This document shows, in pieces, positions 27,580 to 34,809 of a DNA stretch of 34,819 nucleotides (within the stretch, counting starts at the first letter, position 1; each line of letters opens with the position of its first letter). The notes beneath the pieces were generated by a model, which made no database searches, was not told where the DNA came from, and worked only from the letters and a program-made list of their open reading frames with translations. Source of the DNA: a virus (Duplodnaviria; Caudoviricetes); IMG/VR virus record IMGVR_UViG_3300017705_000568, positions 1 to 34,819 of that record; one strand, 5' to 3'. Made by a program: the position numbers and the translations under genes.

Positions 27580-29049
27580 TCAATCTAATACCCACCGGGT
27601 ATCTTCGTCGTAGTCCTCATTATATGTACTCTTCAAGATAGCATTCCACTTATCTTCTTTTTCAACTTCTTCCTCATTTGTGAGAATTGCTATTGGACTA
27701 CCGCCAATCACATCGTCCATTAGATAGCATCCTAAAGATAAACTCATGACTAAGTCGTCATTATATCCTTCGTCGGCTTCTAATTTACCGTTCTCATTAA
27801 TGATGAAAGTGGCTAATTCCCTAAAGCTTCTCTCTGAGTTGATATGGATTTTACCCATTTTTAATTTTTCTTGCATAGAGTTAAGAACAACTTCACGAGT
27901 TTTCTGGTTAATCATCATTCCCATCTCGCCCTTCTCATCACACCACATGTTCTCGTACTCTTGGTAGTCAAACAACTGTTCAATGAGAGCCATTCCTAGA
28001 CCGTTCCGCTCTACCATCATGTAAGCGGAATTGTATTTTCTCCCTAAGTCGCACAATAACTTAGCAAACTTAGAGATTGTAATCTTATTAGAGTAAAACT
28101 CCGCTACTTGCTCACCGTTGTAAAGGTTTATAATATGAGCTGCAGAGTAGTCGTACTCGCGCCCGAACGATGAATCCACCGAAATAACGTAAGTATGGTG
28201 AGGTACAGGGTCTTTCCATACCCTCAAAGTGTTGTTATGCTGCGATTGATAGTTATCTGAGCAATTATCTCTTATTCTCTTCAAGGTTCCGCCATCAACG
28301 AAGGTGTCACCAGTACCCAAGAATTCGCACTCATACTCCTGTAACCAAGCACGTTCCCCGATAGTAGGCTTCATAGTCTCCGCCCACTCCTCGGTATACT
28401 CAGGGTGCTCCTCCCACGCGATATCAATAATTTTAAAAGCACTTTCTCCACGTTGAGCTGAGTCATACATCTCATAGTACAGGTTACTCATCCCATTAAC
28501 CGTAGAAATGATGCATGCCTTACCTCCAGTTGAAATAGTAGGGAAGATAGCCATCCAGAATTCACGCATCTTATCAATGAACGCCGCCTCATCAACCATC
28601 AACAAAGAGACTGATTCACCACGACCAGCACCAGCAGGTTGCGATTTTACCTTACTTCCAGTCGATAAACGTAGTTCGTGCTTGTTTCTGGACTCCTCTT
28701 TAGGTCTTAACCAAGCCGGTAGGTCATCGTACATGTTAACCAAGCGCTCCAAGAATGCTCTAGATTCTCTATCTCCGATGGAAACTACCATCACATTTTT
28801 GTGTTTATTGAATATAATAAACCATAGGGAGTAAGCAGCACATAAAGTAGTGATGCCCGCCTGCCTAAACTTCTTAATCAAAGAAAACCGTTCCTCATGC
28901 AGTTCAGTAATCAATCTTTCTTGAAATCTGTACATGTCAAAAGGGATAATTCCATGCATAGGATGTGAAATTTTAACGTAATTATTAATGAAATGTTTCG
29001 GGTCCTCCGAACATAATCTAATTTCGTTTTTAATTTCTTCTATATCCAT
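27580..29049 (-). CDS. terL: Terminase large subunit, T4 gp17-like
   Basis: YRFQ adenine-binding motif, KKFRQAGITT deviant Walker A, LLMVDEAAF Walker B, IISTVNG, QEYECEFLG, and nuclease residues ISVD and GYNDDLVMS. Confidence 0.96.
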   Translation of the reverse strand: MDIEEIKNEIRLCSEDPKHFINNYVKISHPMHGIIPFDMYRFQERLITELHEERFSLIKKFRQAGITTLCAAYSLWFIIFNKHKNVMVVSIGDRESRAFLERLVNMYDDLPAWLRPKEESRNKHELRLSTGSKVKSQPAGAGRGESVSLLMVDEAAFIDKMREFWMAIFPTISTGGKACIISTVNGMSNLYYEMYDSAQRGESAFKIIDIAWEEHPEYTEEWAETMKPTIGERAWLQEYECEFLGTGDTFVDGGTLKRIRDNCSDNYQSQHNNTLRVWKDPVPHHTYVISVDSSFGREYDYSAAHIINLYNGEQVAEFYSNKITISKFAKLLCDLGRKYNSAYMMVERNGLGMALIEQLFDYQEYENMWCDEKGEMGMMINQKTREVVLNSMQEKLKMGKIHINSERSFRELATFIINENGKLEADEGYNDDLVMSLSLGCYLMDDVIGGSPIAILTNEEEVEKEDKWNAILKSTYNEDYDEDTRWVLD

Positions 29050-29081
29050 ACTATTATTACAGTAGACATATTTATATATCG

Positions 29082-29777
29082 ATGAAAAAATACGCTTTTA
29101 TACCAACTCGTGATGAAACGACTAAAAATCCTCAATTAGAGGAGTATTTAACCCGTGCAGGGTATGACGTAACGTTCTTAATAGGGGAGAAGAGCATTTT
29201 TAATGCTTACCACAACGCGTGTAAACCTGTTATGGCTAATGATACTGTGATTATGTGCCACGATGATATCCGTATTTTAACTGAACCGGATGCTTTTAAC
29301 ACCTTTTTGGATATGGCTTTAAATACAGAGACCACGGGATTCGTGGGTGTCGCCGGAACAAAGGTATTAAAGCAAAGCGCGGTATGGTGGGACGGTCTAG
29401 TTCAAGGGGAAGACCATTTTTCAGGTATGGTTATGCATGGAAAGAGTCTGGAAGAGATGAGAATGACGCCTTATGGTACACCAGGAGGGGTTGTCGTGCT
29501 TGATGGTCTGTTTTTAGCCGTAAGAGGAAAGACGCTCAACAGTATCCAACTCAAAAAACCTAAGACTTTTGAAGGAAATTGGGATTTTTACGACATTTTC
29601 TACACTTTTCAGGCATTTTTGAAAGGAAAAACCAATGTCGTAGCTCCAATCCAGGTATTGCACCAGTCTCCAGGCGAGATAGTAGGCAGAGATTCGTGGC
29701 ATAAGAACCGACAAGCCTTTATTGACCATTACAGAGAGAATTTACCTATGACTGTGTTGCGTAATCGACAAGGATAA
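29082..29777 (+). CDS. Glycosyltransferase family 2-like (GT-A fold)
   Basis: SIFNAYH, IMCHDD (DxD-like), GFVGVAG, VLDGLFLAV, WDFYDIFY and VLHQSPG. Confidence 0.82.
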   Translation: MKKYAFIPTRDETTKNPQLEEYLTRAGYDVTFLIGEKSIFNAYHNACKPVMANDTVIMCHDDIRILTEPDAFNTFLDMALNTETTGFVGVAGTKVLKQSAVWWDGLVQGEDHFSGMVMHGKSLEEMRMTPYGTPGGVVVLDGLFLAVRGKTLNSIQLKKPKTFEGNWDFYDIFYTFQAFLKGKTNVVAPIQVLHQSPGEIVGRDSWHKNRQAFIDHYRENLPMTVLRNRQG

Positions 29778-30273
29778 CCTTATCATCGTACATAGACAAC
29801 AGTTTTTGCACTTCTTCGAAGCGTTTTGTCGTGTTATTACTATCATAAACTAGAAAGACAGCGTCCGATGTATTTGCTAAGTACTCTAAACTCTCTTTAA
29901 GCATAGACGTGCCTTTAGTTAAGCCCTGAGGTTTCTCATGCATTGTGATAGTTTGTCCTTCTGATACTAAATGTCTTAGTAGTTCTTTCGAGTCTTCGGT
30001 TATATAATTAAAAAACCCCGGACAAGGATTTACGTAAATGGTTTTAACGCTATCAATCTGTGATATAGCAGCCAATACACATAAATTAACGCCCTCACTA
30101 GGCATTCCATACAAAATACTCGGGTCACAATAACCAATAGTCCCTATAATACGGTTAAACGCTCTCTTACGACTTTGTGTAAGAAACTTATCTGTCCCTA
30201 GTGGAAAGGTATAGTCGCCTACGATAGATACTACACCTCTTTTTGGGACCCAATCTAAATGCTCTGCAGTCAT
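29746..30273 (-). CDS. Hypothetical protein, possibly degenerate SLOG/YspA (DUF1273)-like; start likely ATG 30273
   Basis: VVSIVG...LYGMPSEGVNL...IYVNP...EYLANTSDAVFLVYDS parallels the YspA pattern; GTATATAAG lies just upstream of 30273. Confidence 0.5.
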   Translation of the reverse strand: MTAEHLDWVPKRGVVSIVGDYTFPLGTDKFLTQSRKRAFNRIIGTIGYCDPSILYGMPSEGVNLCVLAAISQIDSVKTIYVNPCPGFFNYITEDSKELLRHLVSEGQTITMHEKPQGLTKGTSMLKESLEYLANTSDAVFLVYDSNNTTKRFEEVQKLLSMYDDKVILVDYATQS

Positions 30274-30718
30274 GAATACACTCTTATATACCCTTCTCTC
30301 ACTACTATTACTGTCCCCAGTATCTGATGAATATATCGACCGTGCCAAAATCAGGTACGGAAGCATCGAAGCTTACGAAAAGGAAGGAGGTGTGATAGCC
30401 CTTATTAATAGTAAGGAGGTTTACGCACAAATCGCCGAATATAAGACTATAAAGAAGGAAGGTATCAAACAAGGTACCGCTAGGTACACACAGCTTATGC
30501 AGATATGTACCAAAAAATATAGAAAGGCAGTAAGTAAAACTGCTAAACTATATAATCATGCCCTCGTCGTTGAGGAGGGTGGTGTGTCGAAAGAGCACCA
30601 AACCACTTCCATCACTGATAAAGTGATAAAACAATTGTCCGATAAGGAGATTAAAAATTATGAATCATTATTACACACATTTCGACGCCCTTTGGAACGA
30701 ATTAACCAAAGGCTTTGA
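30272..30718 (+). CDS. Exported protein with Skp/OmpH-like ends
   Basis: Hydrophobic signal-like N-terminus; IALINSKEVYAQIAEYK and KAVSKTAKLYNHALVVE...SITDKVIKQL resemble the OmpH N- and C-terminal motifs. Confidence 0.55.
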   Translation: MNTLLYTLLSLLLLSPVSDEYIDRAKIRYGSIEAYEKEGGVIALINSKEVYAQIAEYKTIKKEGIKQGTARYTQLMQICTKKYRKAVSKTAKLYNHALVVEEGGVSKEHQTTSITDKVIKQLSDKEIKNYESLLHTFRRPLERINQRL

Positions 30719-31106
30719 ATTAACCCCATACTCAGAAGTAGGTACACACGCTGTACAAGCTCCTAAAGAATGCGTATCCTTGCCTAAGTACCCGGTAAGT
30801 AATTGCTGGATTACCAATGATATGAACACGCTGAACTTCGAGTTCGCTGTTGCAGGATACAAGGAAGATACTGTTAAAGTTCTAGGAGGTAAACACTCTT
30901 TTACTGTTAAAGCGGAACCTGAAGAAGGCTTCATGGATAATGAAGTTGTACTTCACAAAGGTATTTCACGTCGTCCTATTGAGTTTTCTATCAATGTTGA
31001 CGAGCAGTACGACGTTAAAAAGACTAAGGTGTCTTGTGCCAACGGTATGCTACGCGTGAGCGTGCCTAAAGCTAAAGATTCCGAAACTGTTCTTTTATTC
31101 GGCTAA
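30660..31106 (+). CDS. hsp20: Small heat-shock protein (HSP20 / alpha-crystallin)
   Basis: PKYP..N, FEFAVAGY, LHKGISRR.IEFS, ANGMLRVSVPK; SD AAGGAG upstream. Confidence 0.92.
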   Translation: MNHYYTHFDALWNELTKGFELTPYSEVGTHAVQAPKECVSLPKYPVSNCWITNDMNTLNFEFAVAGYKEDTVKVLGGKHSFTVKAEPEEGFMDNEVVLHKGISRRPIEFSINVDEQYDVKKTKVSCANGMLRVSVPKAKDSETVLLFG

Positions 31107-31113
31107 TACAGCC

Positions 31114-31154
31114 AAGCCTTAATCTTAATTTTTTTAAAAGATTGGGGCTTTTTT
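31114..31154 (+). terminator. Rho-independent terminator after hsp20
   Basis: 13-bp stem AAGCCTTAATCTT / AAGATTGGGGCTT (two G-U pairs) running into a T tract. Confidence 0.7.
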
Positions 31155-31179
31155 CTTTTAAAAGGAGTATAACAATAAC

Positions 31180-31359
31180 ATGGAAAGAGACGAACAACTT
31201 GTACAGGTAATGAAGGATGTCCTAAAAGTGCTTAATAAAGCATACCCGGAGAGGTTTACCGAAGACGGTATGACACCTATGGGTATTCAATTAATGGGTA
31301 TTTTACAACAACTGTTAGGTCAGCCCTTGGTTCCGCCAGGGTATACACCACAGCAGTAA
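31180..31359 (+). CDS. Small hypothetical protein (59 aa; not in ORF track)
   Basis: MERDEQLVQVMKDVLKVLNKAYPERFTEDGMTPMGIQLMGILQQLLGQPLVPPGYTPQQ*; AAGGAG and TATAAC-N6 upstream; lies between two terminators. Confidence 0.7.
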   Translation: MERDEQLVQVMKDVLKVLNKAYPERFTEDGMTPMGIQLMGILQQLLGQPLVPPGYTPQQ

Positions 31360-31378
31360 TTCCTCTATTTACCTATTT

Positions 31379-31410
31379 TAAAAGGAACCTGCAAAGGTTC
31401 CTTTTATTTT
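31379..31410. terminator. Bidirectional intrinsic terminator
   Basis: TAAAAGGAACCT-GCAA-AGGTTCCTTTTA: 12-bp perfect stem with GNRA loop, between convergent genes. Confidence 0.85.
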
Positions 31411-32110
31411 ATTGTACTAAGTCGTCACGCCAGAGCCCATTGCCAGGAACGTCGTTTTGAACAACTATTTCTGCCTTCGGGTCCCCATGGGCTGCGGAGA
31501 GGTCGAAACTTTGGGGATAATGTGTTATCCAGTTGAGAACTCCTCCCTGATTAGCCAGGGAACCATTGCTCTGCTCAACAAAAAACTTAGCCCATGAAGT
31601 CGCCTGAGCGTTGTAATCAAGCACATTGCGGTCAACTTGGGAAACGAGTTGACCGTCGTCCCAAACAACTTGTACGCTACTTGCGACATCCCCGGCTTCG
31701 TATTCCCGTTGAGCCAAACCTGGTCCATCAGAGAAAATAACCCCACATGTACCTAAGCCATTAGTGTTTGTAAATGAGGAGAAGCTGTATGTCTGCGTGT
31801 CATGCGCGTTAACACTACAAACTGTATTCCAGTCAATGATGTCTCGTCTAGCCCAGGACCATCCATTTGTAACGTAAATACTACTGTAGTCCCCCTTGAG
31901 ACCATTCAGCACCGGCGGAAAGGGCATTGAAGCAACCGACCAAGCATCCTTCATACTCCACGGGCTATCGCTTCCGTTGTAGGCGCGAACATGATAGAAC
32001 CAACAAGCGTCCTGTGTGTCTCTCGTGATTTTCTTTCTCTCGGCGCTTGGGGTATAATCTATGCCCGTTACCGAGGTGATGGTGTTAGCTGATAATGATA
32101 GGGATGCCAT
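31409..32110 (-). CDS. Hypothetical protein (Trp/Ser/Thr-rich, possibly virion)
   Basis: 233-aa ORF with AGAGGA SD and TATATAAAAT upstream; ends at the terminator. Confidence 0.7.
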   Translation of the reverse strand: MASLSLSANTITSVTGIDYTPSAERKKITRDTQDACWFYHVRAYNGSDSPWSMKDAWSVASMPFPPVLNGLKGDYSSIYVTNGWSWARRDIIDWNTVCSVNAHDTQTYSFSSFTNTNGLGTCGVIFSDGPGLAQREYEAGDVASSVQVVWDDGQLVSQVDRNVLDYNAQATSWAKFFVEQSNGSLANQGGVLNWITHYPQSFDLSAAHGDPKAEIVVQNDVPGNGLWRDDLVQ

Positions 32111-32168
32111 ATGTGTTAAATTCCTCTATTTTATATATGCGGGTCGAATTGAGATTAGTATATAAAGT

Positions 32169-32912
32169 ATGCCAATCAAGAAAATGAGTTTTGTCGGCAA
32201 AGCCAAGCCCGTAAAGAATAATAGACTACACGAATTTGGTAATGTTATCCAGGGCGATAAACCTGGAGCATTCGGCAATAGCTTTGAAAACGCTTGGGAT
32301 TGGAAAAGGAACACCGAAATGTATAGAAACAAACCAAAAGCACGCACAGTCACAGAGAATAGTACCTTTGAAGACTACATGAAGATTCAGCAAGTGGATA
32401 ACAATGGTCGCACCAATATTGGTCAAAAGGAGTCTGAGGACGCCTGGCGAAGCGTATTGGCAGCGGGAACCGACCAAGAGCCAGAGTATGTCAGCGGTCC
32501 TCGCCCTATTGGTACTTTAACAGCAGAAGCTACCGACGACAGAGGTAGGACAATTCCGGGCTCCGCCGCCGACGACAACAACTCCAAAACCATCGGAAAA
32601 TTCAGGTCTCAGCCGGGTGCAGGTCCTGGTCAAGCCGAACGCAACGCCGCAGCCAAAAAAAAAGCTGAAGCTGAAGCCAATAAAGAAGAGAATCCGCGCA
32701 AAGTAGGGCAGATTGGTGAGGCGGGAGTACAGCGCGCGAAGCGCGCCGCGAATGCAAACCCTTCACCGGAGAACGTAGAGCGTTTGAAGAAGAAGGAGGC
32801 ATCACAGCAAAAACGCGCGGTTGCTACCGCTTCCAACCCTGATACGGACTTAGCTACGGCTGTTCGGGCTGGAGATGCGATTAAGAAGAAGCCCGAGGGT
32901 GCTACTTCCTAA
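32169..32912 (+). CDS. Hypothetical hydrophilic, likely disordered protein
   Basis: 247 aa, Ala/Lys/Glu/Gly-rich with no hydrophobic core. Confidence 0.7.
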   Translation: MPIKKMSFVGKAKPVKNNRLHEFGNVIQGDKPGAFGNSFENAWDWKRNTEMYRNKPKARTVTENSTFEDYMKIQQVDNNGRTNIGQKESEDAWRSVLAAGTDQEPEYVSGPRPIGTLTAEATDDRGRTIPGSAADDNNSKTIGKFRSQPGAGPGQAERNAAAKKKAEAEANKEENPRKVGQIGEAGVQRAKRAANANPSPENVERLKKKEASQQKRAVATASNPDTDLATAVRAGDAIKKKPEGATS

Positions 32913-33039
32913 AGTGCCGCCGGACACCCTTGGTGACACGGCGCCATAGTGTTCCTAAGTGAGAGCGTCGCTTCCTTTCCATAAGGTCTAGAAGCAAGTC
33001 ACACGTGGCTATCCCGGCGATAAAATACCAAAACATCAT
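32902..33039 (-). CDS. Small hydrophobic/basic peptide (45 aa; not in ORF track)
   Basis: MMFWYFIAGIATCDLLLDLMERKRRSHLGTLWRRVTKGVRRHFRK*; AGAGG SD upstream; fills the gap. Confidence 0.55.
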   Translation of the reverse strand: MMFWYFIAGIATCDLLLDLMERKRRSHLGTLWRRVTKGVRRHFRK

Positions 33040-33078
33040 ATTTTTAACCTCTTGGTAATGATATGATGTTTTTTTGGA

Positions 33079-33285
33079 TTACGCGCTAATTTTTATCTTT
33101 TTCTTTTCCTTTTTCACTTCATTGTCTTTAATGAATATAGGATAACCTCCTTGAGCTCCGTATGTCGCTTCCCATTCGATTTGTAGGTCTTGGACCCTTC
33201 TCCTAAATATAATTTCTTTTAGAGCGCATGTGCCAGCAATGACACCAATAGAAGTAATAACAGCAGAAATAAAAAGTAAAGTCAT
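33079..33285 (-). CDS. Small single-pass membrane protein
   Basis: 68 aa; N-terminal TM-like segment and Lys-rich tail; GCTAAATA about 30 nt upstream. Confidence 0.6.
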   Translation of the reverse strand: MTLLFISAVITSIGVIAGTCALKEIIFRRRVQDLQIEWEATYGAQGGYPIFIKDNEVKKEKKKIKISA

Positions 33286-33706
33286 GGTAAATCAAAAAAA
33301 ATTAGATGAAACTTATTTAGCTATGTCGCATATATGGGGTCAACAATCTCATGCGAAAAGAAAACAAGTTGGATGTTTGGTGGTAAGAGATAATCAGATT
33401 ATCTCCGATGGATATAATGGGACTCCTACAAGCTTCTCTAACGCGTGTGAGGGCGACGATGGCGAAACTCTTAAGGAAGTCCTACATGCAGAGACAAACG
33501 CGCTCACAAAGCTCGCAAGGGGCTCTCAGAGTAGCGTCGGCTCTACGTTATATACTACACTATCACCGTGTTTTGATTGTGCCAAAATGATATATCAATC
33601 TGGTATAGTGAGAGTTGTATGCGGACAGGCTTATAGCGATACTACAGGAATCGAATTCCTAAGAGAGCTGGGCGTAGAGGTCGTCGTAGCGCGAAAAATT
33701 AAATAA
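33284..33706 (+). CDS. dCMP deaminase (ComEB/T4 cd-like); start likely ATG 33284
   Basis: RKQVGCLVV, ISDGYNGTP, LHAETNAL and SPCFDCAK zinc-deaminase motifs. Confidence 0.93.
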   Translation: MVNQKKLDETYLAMSHIWGQQSHAKRKQVGCLVVRDNQIISDGYNGTPTSFSNACEGDDGETLKEVLHAETNALTKLARGSQSSVGSTLYTTLSPCFDCAKMIYQSGIVRVVCGQAYSDTTGIEFLRELGVEVVVARKIK

Positions 33707-33827
33707 GTATAATCCTAGGATGATTGATTGTTCTCGGATTTGTGCTACAATTGCAACCTTGCACCATGTAAAGGAATGAGATGATTGCTATAAAAATAAT
33801 TATATTTTTTTTACTAGACCGGCGCAT
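33699..33827 (-). CDS. Putative mini-lipoprotein (42 aa; not in ORF track)
   Basis: MRRSSKKNIIIFIAIISFLYMVQG-CNCSTNPRTINHPRIILI*: basic n-region, hydrophobic h-region, lipobox-like VQGC; starts 2 nt after the upstream stop. Confidence 0.55.
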   Translation of the reverse strand: MRRSSKKNIIIFIAIISFLYMVQGCNCSTNPRTINHPRIILI

Positions 33828-33829
33828 GG

Positions 33830-34300
33830 CTACTTAATCGTTTTATGTACAATTTCCGACATCAGCTCTACCGGGTCCTTCGGTTCTTTCGTATCGACCA
33901 CAGTCTTCAAAATGCCTGCCAACTGGGTTACAACTAATGTGATTAGGGTCGCAGCTACCGCAATAGAATCGCCAGATAGCATAGACATTGAGTAGAGGAA
34001 TGCAATCACGCATGTACACAAATATAGTGCTCCAAAAACCGCAAGGTGTTTTCCGGCTTTTTCCTTAGCGCTTTCACTTGCTTTGATTGTATCAATCTGT
34101 CCTTTCAGATTAGCCTTCCTAAGACGAATCTCACCATCAATCTCTGCACGGCGAAGAGCAATAGCCTCTTTAGTACTGCCTAGAAGCTGCGCTTCCTTGT
34201 CTCCTCTATCCCCGTTATGTTGGGGAGAAGGGTTGGTTTTCTTCGCCTGCTCTTTTTCAATCAGGTCGATTGCTTCTTTCGGGGTAAGTGGTTCCGCCAT
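33830..34300 (-). CDS. Membrane protein with coiled coil and two C-terminal TM helices (holin-like topology)
   Basis: LAVFGALYLCTCVIAFLYSM and IAVAATLITLVVTQLAGIL hydrophobic segments; AAGGA SD. Confidence 0.65.
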   Translation of the reverse strand: MAEPLTPKEAIDLIEKEQAKKTNPSPQHNGDRGDKEAQLLGSTKEAIALRRAEIDGEIRLRKANLKGQIDTIKASESAKEKAGKHLAVFGALYLCTCVIAFLYSMSMLSGDSIAVAATLITLVVTQLAGILKTVVDTKEPKDPVELMSEIVHKTIK

Positions 34301-34358
34301 ATTATTCCTTATGTTTATGTAGTTGTCTAGATTTCAAAAAACCCGCTATCCTGAATTT

Positions 34359-34420
34359 TAGGAGTCCCAGTTTTGTAGGAGTCCCAGTTTTGTAGGAGTC
34401 CCAGTTTTGTAGGAGTCCCA
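34359..34420. repeat. Perfect 17-bp tandem repeat TAGGAGTCCCAGTTTTG, 3 copies plus an 11-bp partial
   Basis: Units start at 34359, 34376, 34393 and 34410; no spacers; intergenic. Confidence 0.97.
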
Positions 34421-34527
34421 AAAGGTATAGGCATGGGTCCTACGGAGGATATAGGGCGCTCTGCCATTTTGGCATGGTACCAAATCAACGATTTTCTCCG
34501 GTCAGCGAGATATTTAGGGTTTTTTAC

Positions 34528-34556
34528 TTGACAATACGCTTACGCTGTGTTATACT
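34528..34556 (+). promoter_or_regulatory. Sigma70-type early promoter
   Basis: TTGACA-N17-TATACT with extended TG; ATG 7 nt downstream. Confidence 0.88.
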
Positions 34557-34563
34557 ATAGACC

Positions 34564-34752
34564 ATGAAATACGCACTAGCATTCTGTTTAGGTGTCATTA
34601 CGCACGCCTATATCTTTCCTTCTTCTAACAATGTGGAGATGGACTCTGTAACCCAAGAAATAATTATCCAAGAGACGCTTGACAGACTCGAAGAAAATGG
34701 GTATAATATAACTCAGGCTAGGCGTGATGTAAAGCGAGGTTGGTTTAATTAA
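34564..34752 (+). CDS. Small early protein with N-terminal hydrophobic segment
   Basis: 62-aa ORF directly behind a sigma70 promoter. Confidence 0.7.
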   Translation: MKYALAFCLGVITHAYIFPSSNNVEMDSVTQEIIIQETLDRLEENGYNITQARRDVKRGWFN

Positions 34753-34771
34753 AAAAAATCTAAGAAAGTGC

Positions 34772-34800
34772 TTGACAATACACACGCGCTATGGTATACT
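34772..34800 (+). promoter_or_regulatory. Second sigma70-type early promoter
   Basis: TTGACA-N17-TATACT with extended TG; shares CTTGACAATAC and TATACTATAG with the first; ATG 9 nt downstream. Confidence 0.88.
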
Positions 34801-34809
34801 ATAGGCATA

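Noticed and set aside
28848-28880. Inactive terminase because Walker A lacks the GKT lysine (RQAGITT)
   Set aside because: Deviant Walker A motifs with the Lys shifted upstream are established in large terminases, and all other motifs are intact
34359-34420. CRISPR mini-array (given the Cas4-like gene)
   Set aside because: Units are contiguous 17-mers with no unique spacers
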